Assembly: GCA_964563105.1 (NCBI GenBank)
Contig: CAZLXM010000002.1
Span: forward strand, 41,716 to 105,715
DNA length: 64,000 bases
DNA from: an uncultured Bacteroidaceae bacterium
Lineage (GTDB): Bacteria; Bacteroidota; Bacteroidia; Bacteroidales; GCA-2748055
Direction of reading: 5' to 3'
Numbering within the stretch: position 1 is the first letter of the stretch; the number at the start of each line of letters is the position of its first letter. Positions 1 to 9,695 of this stretch are shown in pieces. The position numbers and the translations under genes are program-made. The notes under the pieces were generated by a model. The model saw only the letters and a list, made by a program, of their open reading frames with translations. It was not told the origin of the DNA and ran no database searches.

Positions 1-224
1 TCCTGTACTTACGATGATTACCAGCAGGCATGTAACAGGGAAATACCCGACAGATGGTGGAAGGCTTATACAAGATTGAGTTGATGAAAGTTTGATTAGG
101 GCTTTACTAACAATATTATGTTAATAAAATTTGTTACATCGCAATATTTTTCATTATTTTTACAGGTTATTGCAAATGGAATAATAACTGGATTCTTTAG
201 TTTTAATTGTTCAATTAATTTTAC

Positions 225-1163
225 TTGAAAACAATAATTCGAATATTATTAACCTTTCATGTAATTGCCGGAAGTGTTTATTCACAACAGGATCCTGAAT
301 TTAGCCAAAATACTAATGTATTGAATTTTTATAATCCTGCTGCCGCAGGAAGTCTTGATAAAATATGTCTTACGGCTGTTCACCGTGAACAATGGGTAGG
401 GTTTACAGGAGCTCCTTCAACTTCCTTTTTCAATGCAAATGGCTCTTTTAATCTTTTTGGGACCAGCCATGGTGCCGGAATTTCAATTCTAAATGATAGT
501 TACGGGTTCAATAACGACCTTGGATTATCAATATCATATGCCTATAGAATAGATCTTGGAATTGGTAAGCTGGGGGCAGGATTAAATGTAGGATTATTAA
601 ATAAAGCTATTGCACCGGAATGGAATATTCCGGCAGGGCTTGGATCAGTTCAGGGGGACCCCTATATTCCTAAAAACAATGAGTCGAGAGCCGCATTTGA
701 TATGGGTTTAGGACTTTTTTTCCGGTCAGAAAAACTTTTTTTTGGAATTTCCACAACCCATTTGAATCAGGCACGTATAAGGTACGAGGATGCAAACCCT
801 TATTTAGTAAGGCATTATTATGCAACAGCAGGCTATAACCTGCAATTAATAAATCCGCTATTGGAGGTTTTGCCTTCTTTTGTTCTTAAAACAGATGGAA
901 ATGCAAACCAATTATATGTAAATACATCAGTAAGATACAATAAAAAGGTTTGGGGGGGCGTTTCATATCGTGCAGGCGATGCCATTGTTGGAATGTTTGG
1001 TCTTGAAATCTTTAATGGATTAAGAATTACCTATTCATATGACTTTGTTACATCAAGAATAGGTAAATATAGTGACGGCTCACATGAATTCTCATTAGGA
1101 TATTGCTTTGACTTTAGTCTGGATAAATCGCCTCAAAAATATAAAAGTGTAAGATTTTTATAA
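225..1163 (+). CDS. porP: PorP/SprF-family type IX secretion system outer-membrane protein
   Basis: 312-aa ORF with a TTG start. Signal peptide ends at ...GSVYSQ, followed by 'QDPEFSQ...YNPAAAG', the N-terminal signature of PorP/SprF barrels. Lies directly upstream of gldK-L-M-N, as in porPKLMN operons. Confidence 0.8.
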   Translation: MKTIIRILLTFHVIAGSVYSQQDPEFSQNTNVLNFYNPAAAGSLDKICLTAVHREQWVGFTGAPSTSFFNANGSFNLFGTSHGAGISILNDSYGFNNDLGLSISYAYRIDLGIGKLGAGLNVGLLNKAIAPEWNIPAGLGSVQGDPYIPKNNESRAAFDMGLGLFFRSEKLFFGISTTHLNQARIRYEDANPYLVRHYYATAGYNLQLINPLLEVLPSFVLKTDGNANQLYVNTSVRYNKKVWGGVSYRAGDAIVGMFGLEIFNGLRITYSYDFVTSRIGKYSDGSHEFSLGYCFDFSLDKSPQKYKSVRFL

Positions 1164-1429
1164 AAAATTACACATGAGGGATGGCGCAGATGCAACCTCT
1201 TTAAACAATTAAACGTATAATCCGATGCATTTTGTTTTTGCCAGGTAATATGTATATCGGCAAAATATAAAAGCCGGCAGAATTTATGAAAAATAGTAAG
1301 TGTATAACAATTTAAAATAAAATTTTAGTAATATGATACCCGGATGTTATTCAAAATTAAACAAGATTAATAAAAAATTGTCTTAACATATCGGAATCAT
1401 ATGATCTTAAAAACCAAAATTATTTGCAC

Positions 1430-2797
1430 ATGAAAAAGTTATTTTCTTTAATGTTGCTGTGGGCAATATTATTTGGAAGCTGCACAAAATATAATGCCGG
1501 GGAATTGGTTGGTGTTCCCGGGCGTAAATCATATGCAGAACCTGATCCTTTTGGAATGGTATTTATTCCTCAGGGAAGCTTTGTTATGGGGCCCAGTGAC
1601 CAGGATATTACATTCGCTCAAAATGCCACTTCAAAAACAGTTTCAATTGATGCATTCTGGATGGATGAAACAGAAATCATAAATAATGAATATCGTCAAT
1701 TTGTCCATTGGGTAAGAGATTCGCTAATTCTGCAAGCCCTTGTTGATGACCAGGTTGAAGGTTATTACCTGAAAGACAAAGAGGGTAACCCATTGGTTAT
1801 GAATAAAAATGGCCAGGAATCTCCCATTATTAACTGGGATGCCAGCCTTGATCCCAAAAAAGATAAAAATGGAGATATTAGTGCCGCTATTGAAAGAGTT
1901 GGAATTTATTATACGGGAGATGCACAATTCTATAACAGACAGGAACTGGCAGTTGAAAAACTTATTTATACATATTATTGGATTGATTACCAACAAGCAG
2001 CTAATAAATCAAACCGGTATAACTTTAAAACCCAACAATATGAGGGTACAGTTGTAAAACCCGACGGTACTGTCGAACCGGTACAGGGACGACAATCTTT
2101 CGTCCAGCGGGATGAAGTTAATGTATATCCCGATACACTTTGCTGGGTTGCAGATTTTACATACTCTTTTAACGAACCTTATGCCAATTTATATTTCTGG
2201 CATCCTTCTTATGATAATTATCCTGTTGTCGGAGTAACCTGGAAACAGGCAAATGCATTCAGTATATGGAGAACCCAACTCTTAAATGCTGCCCTTAATA
2301 AATCAGGAAAACCTTTTGTCCAGGATTACAGGCTTCCAATTGAAGCCGAATGGGAATATGCTGCCAGGGGTAATCTTAAACTTAGCATGTATCCCTGGGG
2401 AGGGCCATATACAAGAAATCAGCTTGGATGCTTTGTAGCAAACTTCAAACCACTAAGAGGTAACTATATCGATGATGGGGCCCTTATTACACAAAGAGTA
2501 GGAACATATTCGCCAAATGAATACGGATTATATGACATGGCAGGAAATGTCGCTGAATGGACAGCAAATGCCTATGACGAATCAGCATATATGTTTTCGC
2601 ATAATATGAATCCGGATTATAAATATAATGCTAAACCGGATGACCCTCCGGTAATGAAAAGAAAAGTTATACGTGGCGGATCATGGAAAGATGTTGCATA
2701 CTTTCTTCAAAATAGCGTAAGAGACTATGAATATCAGGATTCAGCAAAATCATATATCGGTTTTCGCTGTGTCCGTTCATATTTGGGAACTAATTAA
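1430..2797 (+). CDS. gldK: Gliding motility / T9SS lipoprotein GldK (PorK), SUMF1/FGE-fold
   Basis: ATG at 1430 gives MKKLFSLMLLWAILFGSC, a signal peptide with a lipobox Cys; the track starts at TTG 1424. The C-terminal region has FGE-sulfatase-like motifs (AGNVAEW, RGGSW, GFRCV). Followed by gldL/M/N. Confidence 0.9.
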   Translation: MKKLFSLMLLWAILFGSCTKYNAGELVGVPGRKSYAEPDPFGMVFIPQGSFVMGPSDQDITFAQNATSKTVSIDAFWMDETEIINNEYRQFVHWVRDSLILQALVDDQVEGYYLKDKEGNPLVMNKNGQESPIINWDASLDPKKDKNGDISAAIERVGIYYTGDAQFYNRQELAVEKLIYTYYWIDYQQAANKSNRYNFKTQQYEGTVVKPDGTVEPVQGRQSFVQRDEVNVYPDTLCWVADFTYSFNEPYANLYFWHPSYDNYPVVGVTWKQANAFSIWRTQLLNAALNKSGKPFVQDYRLPIEAEWEYAARGNLKLSMYPWGGPYTRNQLGCFVANFKPLRGNYIDDGALITQRVGTYSPNEYGLYDMAGNVAEWTANAYDESAYMFSHNMNPDYKYNAKPDDPPVMKRKVIRGGSWKDVAYFLQNSVRDYEYQDSAKSYIGFRCVRSYLGTN

Positions 2798-2815
2798 TTT
2801 AAAATAATTTTTGTT

Positions 2816-3781
2816 ATGAGTCTTATTGATATTGTTCAAAGTTCCGGCTGGAAAAATTTTATGGCCAAATTGTACGGTTTGGGCGCTTCCGTTGTTATCA
2901 TTGGCGCAATGTTTAAAATTATGCACTGGCCATTCGCAGGTCTCATGATTGTAGTTGGACTTTCTACAGAAGCAATTATATTTTTCTTTTCTGCATTTGA
3001 ACCACCACATGAAGAACTTGACTGGACACTCGTCTATCCCGAACTTGCAGGCATGGCTGATCCGGATGAGCTGGAAGATATCCGAAATGAAGAACTTTCC
3101 GGAAGAAGCGTTGGTTTACAAAAATTCGATGAACTTTTTAAAGAGGCATCAATAAGCCCCGAAACAGTCAGGAATCTGAGCATGGGCCTGGAATCACTTA
3201 ATGAAAATGCAAGAAACCTGTCCGACCTTTCAGCAGCAACTATTGCTACAAAAGAATATCTTAGTAATATGAAGAATGCTTCTGAATCAATATATGCAGT
3301 TACAAACGCATATTCCCAATATACAGGAGAACTCAACGATTCAGTTTCAGGATTAACTTCATCTTATAAAAAATCTGCTGAAATTATTGATAAGTCAGGA
3401 CAGGAAGTAGCACAAAAATTTGTACAATCCGGCGCTGAACTAAGTAATTCATATTCAGAAATGACTAATAACGTTAAATCCGATTTTAATAATATTTCAC
3501 AGGGACACAAACTATTTTCAGAACAACTGAATAACCTCAATAAAAATCTGGCTGCATTAAATTCTTCTTATGAAACGCAGGTTAATGACAGCCAAACACA
3601 TTTAAAGAATACTGCAAGCCTGTATCAGGGACTGGATGATATGATTAATAATCTTAGGGTATCTGTTGCAGAAACTCAAAAGTATAAGGAAGAAATCGGT
3701 AAACTAAGCCATAATCTTTCCGAACTCAATAATATTTATGGAACAATGCTCTCTGCAATGAGCGTTGTCTCTAAAAAGTAA
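2816..3781 (+). CDS. gldL: Gliding motility / T9SS protein GldL (PorL)
   Basis: N-terminus 'KLYGLGASVVIIGAMFKIMHWPFAG...EAIIFFFSAFEPP' is the characteristic two-TM GldL head. It is followed by a long coiled/low-complexity cytoplasmic tail. Position between gldK and gldM supports the call. Confidence 0.9.
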   Translation: MSLIDIVQSSGWKNFMAKLYGLGASVVIIGAMFKIMHWPFAGLMIVVGLSTEAIIFFFSAFEPPHEELDWTLVYPELAGMADPDELEDIRNEELSGRSVGLQKFDELFKEASISPETVRNLSMGLESLNENARNLSDLSAATIATKEYLSNMKNASESIYAVTNAYSQYTGELNDSVSGLTSSYKKSAEIIDKSGQEVAQKFVQSGAELSNSYSEMTNNVKSDFNNISQGHKLFSEQLNNLNKNLAALNSSYETQVNDSQTHLKNTASLYQGLDDMINNLRVSVAETQKYKEEIGKLSHNLSELNNIYGTMLSAMSVVSKK

Positions 3782-3803
3782 CCTTTAACAAGTATTATTC
3801 ATT

Positions 3804-5378
3804 ATGGCCAATGTTAAAGAAACTCCAAGGCAAAAGATGATCGGGATGATGTACCTGGTACTGACAGCTTTGCTTGCATTGAATGTGTCAAAAGATGTTC
3901 TTGATGCCTTTATCCTTGTAGATGATGGTCTTACAAAAACTACAACAAATTTTGTTGCAAAAAACCAAAGCCTTTATGGTGGATTTGATGAAGCTTATCA
4001 GCTTAATCCCGTAAAAGTGGAAGAATGGATAACAAAAGCAAAAGATGTAAAAGAAAAGTCACAGGAACTTTATGATTTTATGCAGGAGTGCAAAAAAGAA
4101 ATTGTATTGACTGCAGAAGGCCCGGGCTCCAAAGCGGTTGTTGACAACGAAGTTTTGGCAAATCTGATAGAAAAAACAGATAACAATAATGTACCGGGAG
4201 AAATAATGATATTAAAAGGAAAGGGAGCTGATTTAAAAGGAAGAATAAATAATTACAGGGAATATCTTACAACTCTTATTGAAGATAAAGATAATTATGC
4301 AGCTATAGTTTCTTCCATTGAAAATGGCCTTGACACATCGGATCCCCCACCTGATAAAAAAGGTGTATCACATCCCTGGGAATCTATGTATTTTGAACAT
4401 CTGCCCCTCGTATCTGTGGTAACTATTTTATCAAAAATGCAATCAGATGTACGAAATGCCGAATCAGAAATCCTGAATTATTTATTAAGCCAGATTGATG
4501 CAGGATCTTTTAAATTCAACGTTATTGAACCTGTAATAGTATCAAATTCCGATTACCTGTTTAAAGGACAAGAATATAAAGCACAGGTATATCTGGCTGC
4601 TTTTGATTCAACAAGATATCCCGAAATTCTTGTTGGAGGACAAAAACTACCCATAGTAAATGGAAAAGGAATATTTACCGGAAGTACTGCAACAACCGGA
4701 ATTAAACACTGGAGCGGAGTTATCAGGCTTATGGGAGAAGATGGAACAGCCATTGTTCGTGAATTCAAACATGAATACCAGGTAGGCGAAGCAAATACTG
4801 TTGTCTCACCTACAAAAATGAATGTGTTTTACAGAGGGGTAAAAAATCCTGTTTCTGTATCTGTATCAGGTGTCCCCAAAGAAAACATCCAGGTTGAAAT
4901 CACAAAAGGCAGAATTACTTCCGTCCCCGGAAGAGAATGGGAAGTTGTCCCGGGGCCCGGGCCCGAAGGAGAAGTAGTGTCAGTAAGGGTTTTTGCTACA
5001 ATAGATAAAGTACGCCGATTCATGGGGTCCAGTGAATTCAGGGTGAAAAACCTTCCGGACCCTGTTGCAGTAGTAGCAGGAAAATCACAGGGAGTTATTA
5101 GTCTTACTGACCTTACACGTGCACCAGGAGTAGTGGCCGAACTAAAAAACTTTGATTTCGATATAGATTATACAGTTACTGAATTTACGGTTTCAGCTGT
5201 TTTATCAGGTGGATTTACAAGAACTGAAAGATCTTCAACTGACAGGTTCACACGTCCGCAAATGGAAATTATATCACAACTTAGAACCGGGCAAAGGGTA
5301 ACTTTTGAAAATATACGGGCAATAGGCCCCGATGGTGCAACCAGGACACTTAACTCAATTGTTTTAAGTATTTTATAA
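3804..5378 (+). CDS. gldM: Gliding motility / T9SS protein GldM (PorM)
   Basis: N-terminus 'KETPRQKMIGMMYLVLTALLALNVSKDVLDAF' is the typical GldM single-TM start. 524 aa, in operon position. Confidence 0.9.
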   Translation: MANVKETPRQKMIGMMYLVLTALLALNVSKDVLDAFILVDDGLTKTTTNFVAKNQSLYGGFDEAYQLNPVKVEEWITKAKDVKEKSQELYDFMQECKKEIVLTAEGPGSKAVVDNEVLANLIEKTDNNNVPGEIMILKGKGADLKGRINNYREYLTTLIEDKDNYAAIVSSIENGLDTSDPPPDKKGVSHPWESMYFEHLPLVSVVTILSKMQSDVRNAESEILNYLLSQIDAGSFKFNVIEPVIVSNSDYLFKGQEYKAQVYLAAFDSTRYPEILVGGQKLPIVNGKGIFTGSTATTGIKHWSGVIRLMGEDGTAIVREFKHEYQVGEANTVVSPTKMNVFYRGVKNPVSVSVSGVPKENIQVEITKGRITSVPGREWEVVPGPGPEGEVVSVRVFATIDKVRRFMGSSEFRVKNLPDPVAVVAGKSQGVISLTDLTRAPGVVAELKNFDFDIDYTVTEFTVSAVLSGGFTRTERSSTDRFTRPQMEIISQLRTGQRVTFENIRAIGPDGATRTLNSIVLSIL

Positions 5379-5433
5379 AAAATAATTTCACAGTAATAAA
5401 TAATAAATAAGTAAAAGATTAAACTATATAATA

Positions 5434-6336
5434 ATGAAAAGAGTAGCTGTTTTTATTTTTCTAATGGGTTTATTTTTTTCACAAATACTCACTGCCCAGC
5501 AGGGAGTAACGCAATCAACACAAAGCGTGCCTACTCCGACTGCTGCACCAGGTGAACCATTACAAATTATTGATGTATATGAAAAAATTCATATACCTGA
5601 TAAAAAGCCTATACCTTATCTTCCAATAAGGGAAGCCGATGTTATGTGGGCTAGAGATATCTGGCGCATTGTTGATCTCAGAGAAAAAATGAATCAACCC
5701 CTATATTTCCCAATTTTTCCTATCGGACAAAGAATGAGCCTTTTCGGGCTTATTATGCACGGTATCAAAGAATATAACCTGCATGCATTTAAAGATGATA
5801 AACATAACCTTTTTTCAACTGAAACACAGATAAGTGAAAAGGAAATTGTAGAAGCACTTGGTGCTGATACTTTATTTGCCGGGACACCCGATGAGGAAGT
5901 CCGCCTGAATAATCATCTGGTACTGAAACTCCTCATAAAGGAAAAATGGTATTTCGATCAGCAACATTCAACTATGCAGGTAAGGATCGTTGGAATTGCA
6001 CCTTTAAAAGTACATCAAAAAACTCTCGTTGATATCCAGGGAAATCAATCTATTTCACCCGAAGTTAGTACAGAGATCCTTTTCTGGATATATTTCCCCG
6101 AATTCAGAGAACTTTTTGCAAAACATGAAGCATTCAATGCATTCAATGATGCACAAAATGTATCATTTGATGATTTATTCATTCAAAGAAGATTCTCATC
6201 ATATATATTTGGTGAATCTAACGTTTATGATAACCGTTTTATTCCCGACTATATGACTGGTGATGATATATTGCTTGAAGCTGAAAGGATTAAACAGTCA
6301 ATATTTGAATTTGAACATGACCTTTGGGAATACTAG
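5434..6336 (+). CDS. gldN: Gliding motility / T9SS protein GldN (PorN)
   Basis: 300 aa with a signal peptide, last gene of the gldKLMN block. Motifs 'READVMWARDIWRIVDLREK' and 'IKEKWYFD' are as remembered for GldN. Confidence 0.85.
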   Translation: MKRVAVFIFLMGLFFSQILTAQQGVTQSTQSVPTPTAAPGEPLQIIDVYEKIHIPDKKPIPYLPIREADVMWARDIWRIVDLREKMNQPLYFPIFPIGQRMSLFGLIMHGIKEYNLHAFKDDKHNLFSTETQISEKEIVEALGADTLFAGTPDEEVRLNNHLVLKLLIKEKWYFDQQHSTMQVRIVGIAPLKVHQKTLVDIQGNQSISPEVSTEILFWIYFPEFRELFAKHEAFNAFNDAQNVSFDDLFIQRRFSSYIFGESNVYDNRFIPDYMTGDDILLEAERIKQSIFEFEHDLWEY

Positions 6337-7424
6337 ACATATTTATCCCCTTTACTTAATTTGACATCATTGACTATTTGCTTAATTCGCTGCTCTTCAC
6401 TTTTGCGGCAAATTAAAAGATAATTTTTGTTTTCAACTACAATATAGTTATCAAGGCCTTGTAAAGCAACAAGCTTGTCTTTTGAAACATTAATAAGGGA
6501 ATTACTTACATCATATAGAAAAATACTATCACCAACAATCGCATTGTTGTTTGAATCTTTTTCTTTCAAATCAAATAATGAACCCCAGGTACCTAAATCA
6601 GACCAGCCAAAATCAGAGATCAAAACATAAACATTGTCAGCTTTTTCCATAACACCATAATCTATGGAAATATTATTACATACAGAATAGGTCTTCTTTA
6701 TAAATTCTTTTTCTTCATCAGTACCATAAAATAAACTTCCGGCCTTAAAAGATTTGTCTACATCAGGTAAAAACCTTTCAAAAGCATTGATAATTGATTT
6801 TATATTCCAGAAAAATATTCCCGAATTCCAATAAAAATCACCACTCTGAATAAAAACTTTTGCTAACTCTTCATTAGGTTTCTCTGTAAAAGTTTTTACT
6901 TTCCTGAATACTGATTTCCCATATTCTATACTTTTTCCTCCATTTGACTGAATATAACCGTAACCGGTTTCAGGACGATCAGGCTTGATACCCATTGTGA
7001 GAAGAACATCATGGGCCTCAACAAAATTTAATCCTTCACTAACATAACCCAAAAATTCACCCTCCCTCATGATTAAATGATCAGAAGGAGCAACTACCAT
7101 AACAGCATCAGGATCCTTCTTATAAATGGAATATGTTGCATAAGCAATACAAGGTGCAGTATTTCGTCTGAAAGGTTCCAATAATATATTTTCATTTAAA
7201 ATTTCAGGTAACTGCTCTCTTACATGATTCTCATGCTCAGAATTGGTAACTACTAAAATCCTTTCAGCCGGTATAAGCTTGCTGAATCTTTTATAAGTAG
7301 ATTGTAACAAGGATTCTCCTACCCCAAGGATATCAAGAAACTGCTTTGGTTTATCGGTACGGCTGAGCGGCCAAAAACGACTTCCAACACCACCAGCCAT
7401 AATAATACAATACTTATTTCTCAT
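6333..7424 (-). CDS. Mannose-1-phosphate guanylyltransferase-type NDP-sugar pyrophosphorylase
   Basis: N-terminus 'IIMAGGVGSRFWPLSR..KPKQFL' is the nucleotidyl-transferase G-loop. 363 aa. Its stop overlaps the gldN stop in the palindrome CTAG at 6333-6336. Confidence 0.8.
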   Translation of the reverse strand: MRNKYCIIMAGGVGSRFWPLSRTDKPKQFLDILGVGESLLQSTYKRFSKLIPAERILVVTNSEHENHVREQLPEILNENILLEPFRRNTAPCIAYATYSIYKKDPDAVMVVAPSDHLIMREGEFLGYVSEGLNFVEAHDVLLTMGIKPDRPETGYGYIQSNGGKSIEYGKSVFRKVKTFTEKPNEELAKVFIQSGDFYWNSGIFFWNIKSIINAFERFLPDVDKSFKAGSLFYGTDEEKEFIKKTYSVCNNISIDYGVMEKADNVYVLISDFGWSDLGTWGSLFDLKEKDSNNNAIVGDSIFLYDVSNSLINVSKDKLVALQGLDNYIVVENKNYLLICRKSEEQRIKQIVNDVKLSKGDKYV

Positions 7425-7472
7425 TCTCTGCTTTATTACAGGTTAATAATCAGCCTATATAAGAATTTAATA

Positions 7473-7509
7473 CCCAAAAATATACAATTGCCCAAAATAT
7501 ATCAAATTG
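7473..7509. repeat. Imperfect tandem direct repeat (18 + 19 nt)
   Basis: CCCAAAAATATACAATTG is followed immediately by CCCAAAATATATCAAATTG. The repeat overlaps the promoter call above. Confidence 0.6.
7475..7506 (-). promoter_or_regulatory. Bacteroidota sigma-A type promoter (TTTG-N20-TAttTTTG) for the guanylyltransferase gene
   Basis: The minus strand reads TTTG (7506-7503), a 20-nt spacer, then TATTTTTG (7482-7475). This lies 50 nt upstream of ATG 7424 and matches the published -33 TTTG / -7 TAnnTTTG consensus. Confidence 0.5.
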
Positions 7510-7737
7510 TTTTAAAGTTTTAAAATAATAATGCTGGCAACTTAATTTTAAAACAACAAAACAAAGCACTAAATGATAAAATTAAAACACATTATTAATA
7601 AACAAAATTTTAAATATAGACCTATTTTTTTAAATTTATTTCCCATGAAACACTTTAATAATTATTATTTGAGTTAAATTTTGTATTTTAAGGACTTTTT
7701 ATTCTCAATTACATTTAATATAAACTTAGTTTAAACA

Positions 7738-8478
7738 ATGAATTTTTTTGAAGCAGCGGGTAATTACTTTATCCTTATGGCTAAAGTATTTTCTGTTCCC
7801 GAAAAATTTAAAATATATTATAAACAATTACTTCGCGAAATAGAAAATATAGGAATAAACTCTTTCGGAATTGTAGTCCTGATATCTTTTTTTGTAGGTA
7901 CAGTAATAACCATTCAAACAAATTATAACCTGGAAAATCCCTTCCTCCCCAGATATCTGATAGGTGTTACGGTAAGGGATTCACTCCTGCTCGAATTCTC
8001 ATCAACAATGGTAGCCCTCATCCTGGCAGGAAAAGTCGGATCAAGCATAGCATCTGAAATAGGAACTATGAGAATAACAGAACAAATTGATGCGCTTGAA
8101 ATAATGGGGGTAAATTCGGCAAGTTTCCTCATACTGCCAAAATTAATTGCTGCTATATTCTTTTTCCCAATCCTTTCTTTGTTAAGCATGTTCGTTGGTA
8201 TTTTCGGAGGTTACCTGCTTTGTATTTTTACAGATGTAGTTTCTCCTGCTGATTATATATATGGAATACAATATTCATTTTATCCACACTATGTATCTTA
8301 TGCAGTAACAAAAACAGTATTTTATGCTTTTATTATTGTTTCTTTGTCTGCATTCCAGGGATACTTTGCAAAAGGAGGGTCACTTGAAGTTGGAAGATCA
8401 AGTACGAAAGCTGTCGTATATAGTAGTATTGCAGTTTTATTGGCCAATTTGATCCTGACAAAACTCTTATTATCATGA
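7738..8478 (+). CDS. mlaE: MlaE-family ABC transporter permease
   Basis: 'GTMRITEQIDALEIMGVN' is the conserved MlaE/Ttg2B signature. Multiple TM segments. Overlaps the downstream ATPase gene by 4 nt. Confidence 0.8.
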   Translation: MNFFEAAGNYFILMAKVFSVPEKFKIYYKQLLREIENIGINSFGIVVLISFFVGTVITIQTNYNLENPFLPRYLIGVTVRDSLLLEFSSTMVALILAGKVGSSIASEIGTMRITEQIDALEIMGVNSASFLILPKLIAAIFFFPILSLLSMFVGIFGGYLLCIFTDVVSPADYIYGIQYSFYPHYVSYAVTKTVFYAFIIVSLSAFQGYFAKGGSLEVGRSSTKAVVYSSIAVLLANLILTKLLLS

Positions 8479-9230
8479 TCGAAGTTAAAAAGGTATTCAA
8501 AAAATTTGGCAATACAGTTGTATTGGATGATATTTCCGTTCAATTTGAAAAAGGGACCACAAATCTTATTATAGGGCAAAGCGGATCCGGAAAAACTGTA
8601 TTAATCAAATCAATTGTAGGTTTAAATGATATTGACCAGGGAGAAATATGGTTCGATGAAAGAATATATAATACCCTTTCTTTTAAACAAAAAATAGAAA
8701 TCCGTAAAGAAATGGGAATGCTATTTCAGGGAGCCGCATTGTTCGACTCATACACTGTTGAGCAAAATGTTATGTTCCCCCTCGATATGTTCACAAAATT
8801 AAGCTATAAAGAAAAACGTAAAAGAGTGAACTTTTGCCTTGCCAGAGTTAATATGCACAATGTAAATAAATTATATCCTTCTGAATTAAGCGGCGGAATG
8901 AAAAAAAGGGTGGCTATTGCAAGGGCTATTGCACTGAATCCGAAATATCTCTTTTGTGATGAACCTAATTCAGGGCTTGACCCACAGACAGGTATCGTAA
9001 TTGATCAGTTGATATATGATATTACAAAGGAATTTAATATAACAACCATAGTAAATACCCATGATATGAACAGTGTTATGGAGATAGGTGAGAAAGTTGT
9101 TTTTCTTCATGACGGAAAAAAGCTATGGGAAGGAGGCAATAAAGAAATAATGCATACAACATGCACTGAATTAAATGAATTCGTTTTTGCTACAAGCCTT
9201 GCAAAAAAGTTAAAAGAACACCCCTATTAA
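8475..9230 (+). CDS. ABC transporter ATP-binding protein (MlaF-like)
   Basis: Walker A 'GQSGSGKT', ABC signature 'LSGGMKKRVAIARA', Walker B 'LFCDEP'. Translationally coupled to the MlaE-like permease. Confidence 0.85.
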   Translation: MIEVKKVFKKFGNTVVLDDISVQFEKGTTNLIIGQSGSGKTVLIKSIVGLNDIDQGEIWFDERIYNTLSFKQKIEIRKEMGMLFQGAALFDSYTVEQNVMFPLDMFTKLSYKEKRKRVNFCLARVNMHNVNKLYPSELSGGMKKRVAIARAIALNPKYLFCDEPNSGLDPQTGIVIDQLIYDITKEFNITTIVNTHDMNSVMEIGEKVVFLHDGKKLWEGGNKEIMHTTCTELNEFVFATSLAKKLKEHPY

Positions 9231-9234
9231 GGCA

Positions 9235-9483
9235 TCAATCTTTAACCTCCTCATAATCTATGTATTCCCCTTCATCCTTATTGATAATTTTATTGTTATC
9301 CCTGTACACATTTTCTATTGATACATCACCCTCTTTCCTGCGCTTTTTACCTGAATCCACATCTTTATAATTATTCGCTTTAGTATTCGAAATATAATGC
9401 CATGGAAATAAAAGTCTGCCAATAAACTTTAAAACCATGTATATAAAAATTCCAATTAATATAAGTCTAAACAATGCTCCCAT
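9235..9483 (-). CDS. Small membrane protein (DUF4834-like), function unknown
   Basis: 82 aa with an N-terminal hydrophobic helix (LFRLILIGIFIYMVLKFIGRLLFP) and a charged tail. The family name is recalled from similar Bacteroidota proteins and is not verified. Confidence 0.45.
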   Translation of the reverse strand: MGALFRLILIGIFIYMVLKFIGRLLFPWHYISNTKANNYKDVDSGKKRRKEGDVSIENVYRDNNKIINKDEGEYIDYEEVKD

Positions 9484-9695
9484 AATTTAAGCCATTTTAA
9501 CCACAAAGATAATAAAAACTGTCTGAGGCTATAGATAATTATAAATCCGGATTAAAATCAAACATCTTTTTATTTAGTATATTTAAAAAAATGCTGTCAA
9601 TATATTTAAAAATTAAGATATTTGCTAAATCAGGAGAATTTTAAAGAAAAACTTATTAAAATTATAAAAATTAAGGCCACAGTTACAAACATCAG

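Noticed and set aside
1-84. Possible 3' end of an upstream plus-strand gene at the left edge
   Set aside because: Two frames are open to the window edge: frame 1 stops at 82-84 and frame 2 stops slightly earlier. Under 30 codons are visible and no motif is recognisable, so I cannot choose a frame or a product.
4949-4966. GC-rich near-palindrome CCCGGGGCCCGGGCCCG inside gldM
   Set aside because: It simply encodes the Pro-Gly-Pro-Gly-Pro-Glu linker (VVPGPGPEGE) of GldM and shows no independent structural signal.
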